Shown here piece after piece: positions 10,037 to 22,165 of a stretch of 30,969 bases of DNA. Source of the stretch: Macrostomum lignano (lineage: Eukaryota). Position 1 is the first letter of the stretch, and every line of letters starts with the position of its first letter. Where the stretch lies: positions 1 to 30,969 of the forward strand of contig NIVC01004933.1 of the NCBI GenBank assembly GCA_002269645.1. Direction: 5' to 3'. The notes beneath the pieces are model-generated. The model saw only the letters and a list, made by a program, of their open reading frames with translations, made no database searches and was not told the origin of the DNA. A program made the position numbers and the translations under genes.

Positions 10037-10396
10037 CTAGGCCAACGCGCCTTGCAATAGGTAGAGCGAGTCACGTGATGTGGCCAGAATGCCGATGGAG
10101 TCATCCTGCTGCTGCTGCTGAGTGACAGTGGCGACGGCCGGACAGCAGCAGATGCTGGTAAAAAAGTGGCCGCCATCGGAGACAGGGTGAGTGAGTGCAT
10201 TGCAGGCCAGCTGCTGTTGCTGGCCGCCGAGACACAGGATGTTGCCGTGCTCACGGCTGAGCATCAGTAGTTTCTCCGACTGGCTGGCGCCACCTAGCGA
10301 TGGGACCGCGAGTAGGCGGCCAGGGCGCACCTGGTCGAGCTTCCAGCTGCTTACTTTTAGCCAGGATTTAGCCGTTGGTGGCGGCTGCTGCGGCTC
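10037..10396 (-). CDS. Putative NHL/TolB-like beta-propeller protein, coding exon 3 (terminal)
   Basis: The acceptor cacttcttccgcag|GAG is at 10397/10396. The exon is 360 nt, in frame EPQQPPPTAKSWLKV...SRDSLYLLQGALA*, with TAG at 10039-10037. It is GC/CAG-rich and joins in phase 0 to exon 2. Confidence 0.8.
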   Translation of the reverse strand, partial: EPQQPPPTAKSWLKVSSWKLDQVRPGRLLAVPSLGGASQSEKLLMLSREHGNILCLGGQQQQLACNALTHPVSDGGHFFTSICCCPAVATVTQQQQQDDSIGILATSRDSLYLLQGALA

Positions 10397-10424
10397 CTGC
10401 GGAAGAAGTGAAAATAAGTGTTCA

Positions 10425-12821
10425 GATCCACTCAGATCCTAGATCCTAGATTCCAGATTCCAGATCCCAGATCCTAGGACCTAGATCCCAGATCCTAGGA
10501 CCTAGATCCCAGATCCTAGGACCTAGATCCCAGATCCTAGATCCCAGATCCTAGATCCCAGATCCTAGATCCCAGATCCTAGATCCCAGATCCTAGATCC
10601 CAGATCCTAGATCCCAGATCCTAGATCCCAGATCCTAGATCCCAGATCCTAGATCCCAGATCCTAGATCCCAGATCCTAGATCCCAGATCCTAGATCCCA
10701 GATCCTAGATCCCAGATCCTAGATCCCAGATCCTAGATCCCAGATCCTAGATCCCAGATCCTAGATCCCAGATCCTAGATCCCAGATCCTAGATCCCAGA
10801 TCCTAGATCCCAGATCCTAGATCCCAGATCCTAGATCCCAGATCCTAGATCCCAGATCCTAGATCCCAGATCCTAGATCCCAGATCCTAGATCCCAGATC
10901 CTAGATCCCAGATCCTAGATCCCAGATCCTAGATCCCAGATCCTAGATCCCAGATCCTAGATCCCAGATCCTAGATCCCAGATCCTAGATCCCAGATCCT
11001 AGATCCCAGATCCTAGATCCTAGATCCCAGATCCTAGATCCCAGATCCTAGATCCCAGATCCTAGATCCCAGATCCTAGATCCCAGATCCTAGATCCCAG
11101 ATCCTAGATCCCAGATCCTAGATCCCAGATCCTAGATCCCAGATCCTAGATCCCAGATCCTAGATCCCAGATCCTAGATCCCAGATCCTAGATCCCAGAT
11201 CCTAGATCCCAGATCCTAGATCCCAGATCCTAGATCCCAGATCCTAGATCCCAGATCCTAGATCCCAGATCCTAGATCCCAGATCCTAGATCCCAGATCC
11301 TAGATCCCAGATCCTAGATCCCAGATCCTAGATCCCAGATCCTAGATCCCAGATCCTAGATCCCAGATCCTAGATCCCAGATCCTAGATCCCAGATCCTA
11401 GATCCCAGATCCTAGATCCCAGATCCTAGATCCCAGATCCTAGATCCCAGATCCCAGATCCTAGATCCCAGATCCTAGATCCCAGATCCTAGATCCCAGA
11501 TCCTAGATCCCAGATCCTAGATCCCAGATCCTAGATCCCAGATCCTAGATCCCAGATCCTAGATCCCAGATCCTAGATCCCAGATCCTAGATCCCAGATC
11601 CTAGATCCCAGATCCTAGATCCCAGATCCTAGATCCCAGATCCTAGATCCCAGATCCTAGATCCCAGATCCTAGATCCCAGATCCTAGATCCCAGATCCT
11701 AGATCCCAGATCCTAGATCCCAGATCCTAGATCCCAGATCCTAGATCCCAGATCCTAGATCCCAGATCCTAGATCCCAGATCCTAGATCCCAGATCCTAG
11801 ATCCCAGATCCTAGATCCCAGATCCTAGATCCCAGATCCTAGATCCCAGATCCTAGATCCCAGATCCTAGATCCCAGATCCTAGATCCCAGATCCTAGAT
11901 CCCAGATCCTAGATCCCAGATCCTAGATCCCAGATCCTAGATCCCAGATCCTAGATCCCAGATCCTAGATCCCAGATCCTAGATCCCAGATCCTAGATCC
12001 CAGATCCTAGATCCCAGATCCTAGATCCCAGATCCTAGATCCCAGATCCTAGATCCCAGATCCTAGATCCCAGATCCTAGATCCCAGATCCTAGATCCCA
12101 GATCCTAGATCCCAGATCCTAGATCCCAGATCCTAGATCCCAGATCCTAGATCCCAGATCCTAGATCCCAGATCCTAGATCCCAGATCCTAGATCCCAGA
12201 TCCTAGATCCCAGATCCTAGATCCCAGATCCTAGATCCCAGATCCTAGATCCCAGATCCTAGATCCCAGATCCTAGATCCCAGATCCTAGATCCCAGATC
12301 CTAGATCCCAGATCCTAGATCCCAGATCCTAGATCCCAGATCCTAGATCCCAGATCCTAGATCCCAGATCCTAGATCCCAGATCCTAGATCCCAGATCCT
12401 AGATCCCAGATCCTAGATCCCAGATCCTAGATCCCAGATCCTAGATCCCAGATCCTAGATCCCAGATCCTAGATCCCAGATCCTAGATCCCAGATCCTAG
12501 ATCCCAGATCCTAGATCCCAGATCCTAGATCCCAGATCCTAGATCCCAGATCCTAGATCCCAGATCCTAGATCCCAGATCCTAGATCCCAGATCCTAGAT
12601 CCCAGATCCTAGATCCCAGATCCTAGATCCCAGATCCTAGATCCCAGATCCTAGATCCCAGATCCTAGATCCCAGATCCTAGATCCCAGATCCTAGATCC
12701 CAGATCCTAGATCCCAGATCCTAGATCCCAGATCCTAGATCCCAGATCCTAGATCCCAGATCCTAGATCCCAGATCCTAGATCCCAGATCCTAGATCCCA
12801 GATCCTAGATCCCAGATCCCA
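10425..12821 (+). repeat. Highly homogeneous satellite (GATCCCAGATCCTA)n, ~170 x 14 bp (~340 heptamers), filling intron 2
   Basis: Directly visible. Only isolated doubled heptamers occur (near 11015, near 11450 and at the right end); the left edge is degenerate. Confidence 0.98.
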
Positions 12822-12832
12822 GCAAAGCTCAC

Positions 12833-13141
12833 CTTCTGCTGTTGCGGGCGCAGCGGAAAGGACAGCAGGCGGTGCCTGGGCGGTAGGCCGGCTGCCGGCA
12901 GCTGCTCGGTGGCCACCCAGCAGGTGTTGCCGCCCGACATGCAGGCGACAAAGTCCGGCTTGTAGACGCTTCCGCCGCCGCTGCCGCCGCCGAGTTGAAT
13001 TTTGAACAGCTTCCGCCGGAAGTCGCTGCTCATGCGGAACACCTGGGCCTCGGCCGGGGGAGACTGGCTGGCCACCACCAGCTCGCCGCCGCTGTCCACG
13101 TCGAAGCCGAGGAACTTCGGATAGGGCAGCTCCTTGGACAC
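12833..13141 (-). CDS. Putative NHL/TolB-like beta-propeller protein, coding exon 2
   Basis: Acceptor cctggtcag|GTG at 13142/13141 and donor AAG|gtgagc at 12833/12832. The exon is 309 nt, open, phase 0-0: VSKELPYPKFLGFDVDSGGELVVASQ...YKPDFVACMSGGNTCWVATEQ...RPQQQK. Confidence 0.82.
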
Positions 13142-14150
13142 CTGACCAGGGAATGGCGGATTTCAGCAGTGATTCAAATAAAACTAAACAACATTCATTG
13201 CTTCTTATCCTTGCGAAATCTAAATAATCTCGCTTAACAATTCAATCAAATTCGCATCGATTCGTGCTTTTCGGTCTTCCTTTAGAGCCTTAAGTTGAGC
13301 ACTGGGATCAATTTTAGTCGCCTTCGCCCGGAGCCTTGCTTCGCGTTCCTTTCTAGAGGTCATCCATAGTGTTTCTACTATAGTTTATATGCTCAAAACT
13401 AGCTACTTAAACTGGTCCTATAAGTAGTCTGTACGAAATTGACGATTTTACTAAAAAATTAAGAAACATCAACTAACAACAATTTTGACTGGATGAAATG
13501 AATAGAAACTATTCCATCTCAATTCGAAAATTGAAAAATTTCAAAAATTTGCGAAGCAAAAAATTGAAGTTGAAGAACCCTTGTCGAATGTTGACGAAAA
13601 AATGGATTTGTTTGTCAGGTCCTCCCCTCGACACCAGCTGCGCCAAACCATTTCTGCGCGACTCGCCGCTTTCAAAAGTGCATTGATTGGGGGAATAATA
13701 ATTTCCCGCAAAATATCCACCCCCCAACAACAAGCCGCGCGCGATTCACCTGGAAGCAAAAAATTGGTTGAAATTGCGCCGTGGCGAGCAAAATTTTAGG
13801 AGGACAGAAAATTTGAAGTGAATGCAGGCTTAAGCTCGGCAGCTGGCTATCTGTTGGGCAGCCCGTTGCAGCATATAGACAACCTTTATCCCTCGTGGAA
13901 TTTTATTTCCCAACGAAGATAGCTGGGGCAGATTTATGCCCAGATGGTTGCAAGCCGCTATCAAAAGCCGTCAAGGTATTCCTCTGCTTAATGTTAGACG
14001 TTAGTTAATATTGATGTAACATTTTCATTCCAATGTTAACGATTTTGAAGTGCTGCTGAATACCATCATACAGAAGCCATGCACAGACAGTTCTTAGTGT
14101 GTCATTTTGGTTTAATCCCTACTCTGCAGTCTCATTGTTCGTTACATTCA

Positions 14151-15318
14151 TGCTCCTGTCAAAGGCCTGCTTCTCCCCACCCTGTTCTGTCAGAGGCCTG
14201 CTACACCCACCCTGTTCTGTCAGAGGCCTGCTACACCCCATTGTGTTCTGTCAGAGGCCTGCTACACCCCACCCTGTTCTGTCAGAGGCCTGCTACACCC
14301 CATTGTGTTCTGTCAGAGGCCTGCTACACCCCACCCTGTTTTGTCAGAGGCCTGCTACACCCCACCCTGTTCTGTCAGAGGCCTGCTACACCCCACCCTG
14401 TTCTGTCAGAGGCCTGCTACACCCCACCTGTTCTGTCAGAGGCCTGCTACACCCCACTCTGTTCTGTCAGAGGCCTGCTACACCCCACCCTGTTCTGTCA
14501 GAGGCCTGCTACAACACCCCACTCACCCTGTTCTGTCAGAGGCCTGCTACACCCCACCCTGTTCAGTCAGAGGCCTGCTACATCCCACCCTGTTCTGTCA
14601 GAGGCCTGCTACACCCCACCCTGTTCTGTCAGAGGCCTGCTACACCCCACCCTGTTCTGTCAGAGGCCTGCTACAACACCCCACTCACCCTGTTCTGTCA
14701 GAGGCCTGCTACACCCCACCCTGTTCTGTCAGAGGCCTGCTACACCCCACCCTGTTCTGTCAGAGGCCTGCTACAACACCCCACTCACCCTGTTCTGTCA
14801 GAGGCCTGCTACAACACCCCACTCACCCTGTTCTGTCAGAGGCCTGCTACAACACCCACTCACCCTGTTCTGTCAGAGGCCTGCTACAACACCCCACTCA
14901 CCCTGTTCTGTCAGAGGCCTGCTACACCCCACCCTGTTCTGTCAGAGGCCTGCTACACCCCACCCTGTTCTGTCAGAGGCCTGCTACACCCCACCCTGTT
15001 CTGTCAGAGGCCTGCTACACCCCACCCTGTTCTGTCAGAGGCCTGCTACACCCCACCCTGTTCTGTCAGAGGCCTGCTACACCCCACCCTGTTCTGTCAG
15101 AGGCCTGCTACACCCCACCCTGTTCTGTCAGAGGCCTGCTACACCCCAACCTGTTCTGTCAGAGGCCTGCTACACCCCACCCTGTTCTGTCAGAGGCCTG
15201 CTACACCCCACCCTGTTCTGTCAGAGGCCTGCTACACCCCACCCTGTTCTGTCAGAGGCCTGCTACACCCACCCTGTTCTGTCAGAGGCCTGCTACACCC
15301 ACCCTGTTCTGTCAGAGG
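14151..15318 (+). repeat. 31-bp minisatellite (TGTTCTGTCAGAGGCCTGCTACACCCCACCC), ~37 copies with 30- and 38-bp variants
   Basis: Tandem units are visible and explain the three 378-434-aa repetitive ORFs. Confidence 0.97.
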
Positions 15319-16921
15319 GCTAGAAGGGTCAGTCGGACCTACCCAAGCTCACGCAAGCAATGGCACAAGCAACAGTCTCCATTCGGTTCGAAATCTGCGA
15401 TAAAAGATTCGGTGAGCCAGCAAATTCTCCGAACTGAGTAAAGCACACAGCGGCTATCAATCTCCCAATTTCTAGCTGACTGGGCCACGCACTTGACCCC
15501 CCCTGTGGCTCCCTACCGCTGCGCCCGAACCCGAAGCATCTGCATGCATGGAATTCCATACGCGCCTATAGATGACGCAATCGATATCTCGGGGAGAGCG
15601 CCCCACGCTTGGCTGCCGGGTCGTGGGCGGGGTGGGGACGGGAAAATTAAGGGATAAGCGGTGAAGTGTGAACCCGATGCAGCTGTGTGCTAGCGGCCCG
15701 CTGACCATAACATTACAGAGGCTTTGGTTATTACTATACAGAGATAGCACAGCATATCTCCTTAAATAAACACAGACCACAGCACCTGTTGCGCCGAAGT
15801 TTTATTTGCATATTAAATAATTTCCTGCTAAATCCTAGGCTGATGGGCCCAATGAGTCACAGACTGAATGAACTGGTTCCTCTTGCGACCTGGTGAAATC
15901 TCAGCAATTCCCAGTCCAAAAAATGCACTTTTGCAGGCTGCCTGGAGCATAGAGCCTATATTCTTTAGATGGGCTACAGAGCGAATATCACAGAGGTGAG
16001 GCGCTTAATTTGGTCTCCTATAGCAGCTTGTCCGATCCCCACTTGTAGTTGAATTAAAACTCCGTCATCTCACCAGTGCCTCGCACAGAGAAAAAACGCC
16101 TGTGTTCCAAAATCACAGCCTCAATAGCTGAGTGGCCCATCTAGAGAATACCGTGATCTACATGTATGGCCTGGAGGCCCGCCCATGACCAACTGACGGC
16201 TGATAGGAGTACTGGGAGAAACCTGAAACCGAGAAAGCAATGGGAACAGGGGAAGCTGTACTTTCACTGCTCCCAATGATGGCGCAGGCGACTCTGACAG
16301 AATCTAAACTTCATCTTATCTCTGTTTTGTCATGCTCTTGCTTTCGAAATTCGATTTTCTAAAATCTGTGGTGCGGCAGAGCCCCCAGCTTCCCGAGCGC
16401 GTCATCAATCGTATCTACGAGAAAGATTTCGCCTCCTATGAAAGTCAAAGAGGGGAAGAAACACTTGCTAAACCGGATTAGCCCCGCCTTGCTCTCCTGA
16501 TCCTGAAAATCCCATCAAGCACAGCACGACTTCCTTATCGTAATCCCGCTTTTCCCATTCATTCTGGCGGCCTGGCCATTCGTTCTTCCGCTAGAATTTC
16601 AGTGTTTATAGACAGGCATTCTTTGCTGCTGGCCTCTGCTATGCTTTGACCCGCTTTTTCCCTGCTGTCGGATGTGCAGATCATGCTGAGAGGTTTCGCC
16701 GCGACTTGCGCCGCCAATTTGCGCAGACAGGCTGCCCCGCGCTCGGGGATGCGATGGGCGAAAGTTGCACAAGAGTTTATTTCCCCTTTTTATTTATAAC
16801 AAAGAAATGGAAAGAAGAGAGCAGGAAAATAATGTCCACAGAATACCAGGTTGTGCAGCCGTTTGTCCGTGGGGAGTTAGAGGGTATTTTTCCAAGTGCT
16901 GTTGGACTGGAGCTAGTTTGG

Positions 16922-16922
16922 G

Positions 16923-16971
<49 letters not shown>

Positions 16972-17030
16972 AAGACAGACAGACAGACAGACACACAGAC
17001 ACACAGACAGACAGACAGACACACAGACAC

Positions 17031-17105
<75 letters not shown>

Positions 17106-17108
17106 CTA

Positions 17109-17161
<53 letters not shown>

Positions 17162-17270
17162 CACAGACGCACAGACAGACAGACAGACAGACAGACACAC
17201 AGACACACAGACAGACAGACAGACATACATACAGACAGACAGACAGACACACAGACAGACAGACAGACAC

Positions 17271-17367
<97 letters not shown>
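16922..17367 (+). repeat. (CAGA)n microsatellite with CACA variants, ~110 units
   Basis: Directly visible. Confidence 0.97.
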
Positions 17368-18140
17368 GATAATGCAAAAAATCAGAAACCACATCTAAGA
17401 GAGAAGATGCCGCGCAATGGTGAGAGACAGAAACAGACACCAGCTGACAGTCGGACTGATTCGCCCAGAGGAAGTGCTGGAGAGCCATAGAGATTCAATT
17501 AGCGAATCGGCACTCAAACTCCATGAATGCATTTGACTGGCTAATAACTTTATACAGCAGGAAGAAGGCTGGCTGGGGCGCACCGTGAGAATGAAAGATT
17601 CATTCAACTCCGAAGAATTGGCGAGACCGGAAGAGCGCTAAGGAAGAGGCAGTTGACACCGCGAATGAGCTTGATAACCTGCCCTAAGAATAATAATGGG
17701 TAGGTAAACCTAATTAGTTTAGTAATTAACCTATCCCCTGACTTGTTTATCAACAAAAGCTACAAGTCATCCATATTACAGAACAGGATGCAGCATTTTA
17801 ACTAAACTGTTTGGCAGATGCAATTCGTCACTTTAGTTAGGCTAGCTCTGTGCAGCAGGCTGCTGTTGCCAAGGCAAAGCAGCTACGGCCCTCTGGGATG
17901 CTTGTCGATTTTCTCTAACTGTCTAATCAGCCAAGCGCTTCCTCTGTTGCGTCATTGCAAGGTGGATAGGAAGAGGAAGCACCGACAGTGGGAAGGCGAA
18001 TCCCTCAGGTGAATCCAACCCTGCTTGTTTGACTGCGGGATTCTCTCGGGATTCTTTGCTGCCTCGCCTTGCCGTCTCCTGCATCTGTCTGGGACCTCTC
18101 CCTGTTCTTAAACTAACTCTGAGGCTCTGGCTCTCCTTTG

Positions 18141-18725
18141 CCCTGACCTCTTCCTGACCCCTCTTCCCGTCTCCCTGACTTCTCTCTCTCTCTCACCAAC
18201 CTCCCTCTCTTCCTGTCTTCTCTCCCTCACCAATCTCCCTCTCTTCCTGTCCCTGACCTCTCTCCCTCACCAACCTCCCTCTCTTCCTGTCTTCTCTCCC
18301 TCACCAATCTCCCTCTCTTCCTGTCCCTGACCTCTCTCCCTCACCAACCTCCCTCTCTTCCTGTCTTCTCTCCCTCACCAATCTCCCTCTCTTCCTGTCC
18401 CTGACCTCTCTCCCTCACCAATCTCCCTCTCTTCCTGTCCCTGACCTTCTCCCTCACCAATCTCCCTCTCTTCCTGTCCCTGACTTCTCTCCCTCACCAA
18501 TTTCCCTCTCTTCCTGTCCCTGACCTCTCTCCCTCACCAATTTCCCTCTCTTCCTGTCCCTGACCTCTCTCCGCACACCAACCTCCCTCTCTTCCTGTCT
18601 CCCTGACCTCTCTCCCTCACCAATCTCCCTCTCTTCCTGTCTCCCTGACCTCTCTCCCTCACCAACCTCCCTCTCTTCCTGTCTCCCTGACCTCTCTCCC
18701 TGACCAACCTCCCTCTCTTCCTGAC
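18141..18725 (+). repeat. Pyrimidine-rich minisatellite, ~40-bp unit (CCCTGACCTCTCTCCCTCACCAATCTCCCTCTCTTCCTGT) with 34- and 42-bp variants
   Basis: About 14 tandem units are visible. Confidence 0.92.
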
Positions 18726-19560
18726 CCATCTCTGTCTTCCCCGACCTTTCTCACCTCTGTCTCGCTCTCCTCTTCCTGTCTCTTCCTTTTCTATTCAATA
18801 CCACCACCTATAAAAATGGTCCAATTTTGCTACTACAGGCAGCTGGTGACCATTAAATCATGGTTTTAGACTACCCGCCACGCTGCAGTTTTGCGTCAAC
18901 AGAAATCAATGGAATTTCGCATACGCATTAGAGCTCTGATTTCGCATTATTTGCTTCGCTCGCCATCCAATACACCATTAGCAAATTCCATTTCTCTTCA
19001 ACTTCAGTCTTCGATGTGCTTTTCTCTCTCTAAACTAAATACTTCATCAGCTCCTTTGCCAACTCTCTCTGTCCTACCTACCGCTCGAGCCCAATTACTT
19101 CCACTCAGTTGCTATGGAAACCAATATAGAGATTTTCAAGGCGAACTGAGGTACTGAGAGATACGGACGGGCAGACCAGGTGAGAGGGCCGGCACTTGCA
19201 CCTACACTGCTACACAGCATTTGAGTGCACTATAGGTAAGCTGACGAACAGAACCTGGCCGCTCTCGGCTCCTTTCGTCAACAAATAGCCTTAAAGCACT
19301 TTGCTTGGCTAGTGTGAGCAACCAACTGCACTTGCCGTTGTAGACAGAAAGACTCAAACCTGCTCTACCCTCTGTGCTGGGTCTTGGGCGTTTCATACAC
19401 TTTGTGACGCACTTTACAGCCCTCTCGCATCCTCTCTCTACATGCTCTCTAGAAGCATCTCATTTTTCCTTCACCCTTCTCTACACCATCTCTACACACT
19501 ACAACCTATCTGAACCCTCAGATACATTTCTATAACCCTCTACAGAGCACTCTCATACTA

Positions 19561-19785
19561 TACACCCTCTCTATACCCCATACACCCTCTCTATACCCCA
19601 CACACCCTCTTTATACCCCACACACCCTCTCTATACCCCATACACCCTCTCTATATCCCCATATACACTCTCTATACCCCACACACCCTCTCTATACCCC
19701 ATACACCCTCTCAATACCCCACACATCCTCTCTATACCCATACACCCTCTCTATTACCCCATACACCCTCTCTATACCCCACACG
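19561..19785 (+). repeat. 20-bp minisatellite (TACACCCTCTCTATACCCCA), ~11 copies, degenerate flanks
   Basis: Directly visible. Confidence 0.9.
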
Positions 19786-20701
19786 CACACATGCACCCTC
19801 TCTACCCACTATCTACAAACTACAACCCTTTATTTACCATCCTGTCTGTCTACACCCTCTACACCTCGCTCGACACCCTCTCACTAAACTAATCCGAAAA
19901 ATAGCAATAACTAACGAAACTAAAACAATTCCGTGGTGCCTAATAACCGCGGAACCAGTTAGTTAACACGCACTGGCAAATAGATGCATTTGCAAGCGCC
20001 GAGAAGCAGCAGTCGATCCTAGCTAGCTACTAAGCTAGAGAAAGAATGTCGCAGTTAGCGAGCCCCATGCAGCTAACAATTATGAAGTATACTGAACCGT
20101 TACAGTCAAGCCAGTGATTGCCATTCCTGAGCAATTTCGCCAACAGGAAATATTTATCCGCGCTAGGCACACGCGAGGGCAAAAACTCTGATGACTCACT
20201 CTCGCAGAAAAACTCATTGCGGTAAACTTTATAGTTAGTAACGAGTAGTTCTCATTCCCAATCAAGCACAGTGCAGTACAAATGCAAACAGTAAGATCTG
20301 CTTGTAGGATCAAAATGCACGTTTTTTCAAACTGCCCGTGTCTACTGAGTGAGTTGGGTTTGGGTACCTCTACTATATAGTCTCTCAGAGAGAAATCCCT
20401 TTAACTCCTTCAACTGGGCGGCCCGTTGTTTAGGGCAAGAGTTGGAAAAGGAAAGTGAGGTAAAAAAATGTTGATCTTCTTTCAGTGTGTCTGCTCCACT
20501 CTTCCTAGTGAGTTCCTAGTGAGTTCCGAATCTGCGGTTTGAATGGGCGAGAGGGGAGGTCAGGGCAGTGTGCACACATTCCGACCGACACCTGTTGCAC
20601 AGCATGTGCTCTGAATGAGCTGAAAATTTTGTGTGAGTGTGAAGGTTTGTTACGTGACGGCCTGGGGGTCATGGAGGGACTGAGGAGAGCGAAGGGAAAT
20701 G

Positions 20702-21912
20702 AGGAACAGAGTGAAGGGGATAAAGGACAGGGTGAAGGGGATAAGGGACAGGGTGAAGGGGATAAGGGACAGGGCGAAGGGCATAGAAGACAGGGCGAAG
20801 GGGATAGAAGACAGGGCGAAGGGGATAAGAGACAGGGTGAAGGAGATAGGAGTCAGGGCAAAGGGGATAGAAGAGAGGGCGAAGGGGATAGGAGACAGGG
20901 CGAAGGGGATAGAAGACAGGGCGAAGGGGATAGGAGACAGGGCGAAGGGGATAAGGGACAGGGTGAAGGAGATAGGAGTCAGGGCGAAGGGGATAGAAGA
21001 CAGGGCGAAGGGGATAAGGGACAGGGTGAAGGAGATAGGAGTCAGGGCGAAGGGGATAGAAGACAGGGCGAAGGGGATAAGGGCAGGGTGAAGGAGATAG
21101 GAGTCAGGGCGAAGGGGATAGAAGACAGGGCGAAGGGGACAGGAGACAGGGCGAAGGGGATAGAAGACAGGGCGAAGGGGATAGAAGACAGGGCGAAGGG
21201 GATAGAAGACAGGGCGAAGGGGATAGAAGACAGGGCGAAGGGGATAGGAGACAGGGCGAAGGGGATAGAAGACAGGGCGAAGGGGATAGGAGACAGGGCG
21301 AAGGGGATAGGAGACAGGGCGAAGGGGATAAAGGACAGGGTGAAGGGGATAGGAGTCAGGGCGAAGGGGATAGGAGACAGGGCGAAGGGGAAAGAAGACA
21401 GGGCGAAGGGGATAAGGGACAGGGTGAAGGAGATAGGAGTCAGGGCGAAGGGGATAGAAGACAGGGCGAAGGGGATAAGGGACAGGGTGAAGGAGATAGG
21501 AGTCAGGGCGAAGGGGATAGAAGACAGGGCGAAGGGGACAGGAGACAGGGCGAAGGGGATAGAAGACAGGGCGAAGGTGATAGAAGACAGGGCGAAGGGG
21601 ATAGAAGACAGGGTGAAGGGGATAGAAGACAGGGCGAAGGGGATAGAAGACAGGGTGAAGGGGATAAGGGACAGGGTGAAGAGGATAGGAGTCAGGGCGA
21701 AGGGGATAGAAGACAGGGTGAAGGGGATAGAAGACAGGGTGAAGGGGATAAGGGACAGGGTGAAGAGGATAGGAGTCAGGGCGAAGGGGATAGAAGACAG
21801 GGTGAAGGGGATAAGGGACAGGGTGAAGAGGATAGGAGTCAGGGCGAAGGGGATAGAAGACAGGGTGAAGGGATAAGGGACAGGGTGAAGGGAATGAGGG
21901 ACAGGGTGAAAG
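20702..21912 (+). repeat. Purine-rich 21-bp minisatellite (GACAGGGCGAAGGGGATAGAA), ~57 copies
   Basis: Directly visible. The unit length is a multiple of 3, which produces the long ORFs on both strands. Confidence 0.96.
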
Positions 21913-22165
21913 GAGATTAGGAAATGGCCATGGCAGGTGCGAATAGATAATAGAGGGAAAGGCGAAAAAAGCAGAGCAGGGCAGACAGACAGGCACTCAG
22001 ATGGTCGAGTTGGCATTTCTCACTCTACACTCAATGAAAGGAGATTTATAGGGAACTGCATGGGAATTAATCTCGCTGATTCGGCAGTACCAATGCCATA
22101 AAATACCGGAAGAGTCCAACAATCAGGCAATCAATCAATCAGCCAAACCGGACTCGTTAGCTCAC

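Noticed and set aside
14079-15441. Three overlapping 378-434-aa Cys/His/Pro-rich ORFs
   Set aside because: They are translations of a stop-free 31-bp minisatellite, open in all plus frames and intronic to the propeller gene; not a zinc-finger protein.
16646-17488. ORFs through the TDRQ/VCLS repeats
   Set aside because: Products of the (CAGA)n microsatellite.
20539-22016. 445-aa (GEGDRRQ/RAKGIED) and 448/324-aa antisense ORFs
   Set aside because: A 21-bp repeat opens frames on both strands, a frame slip occurs near 21080, and there is no splice or domain context.
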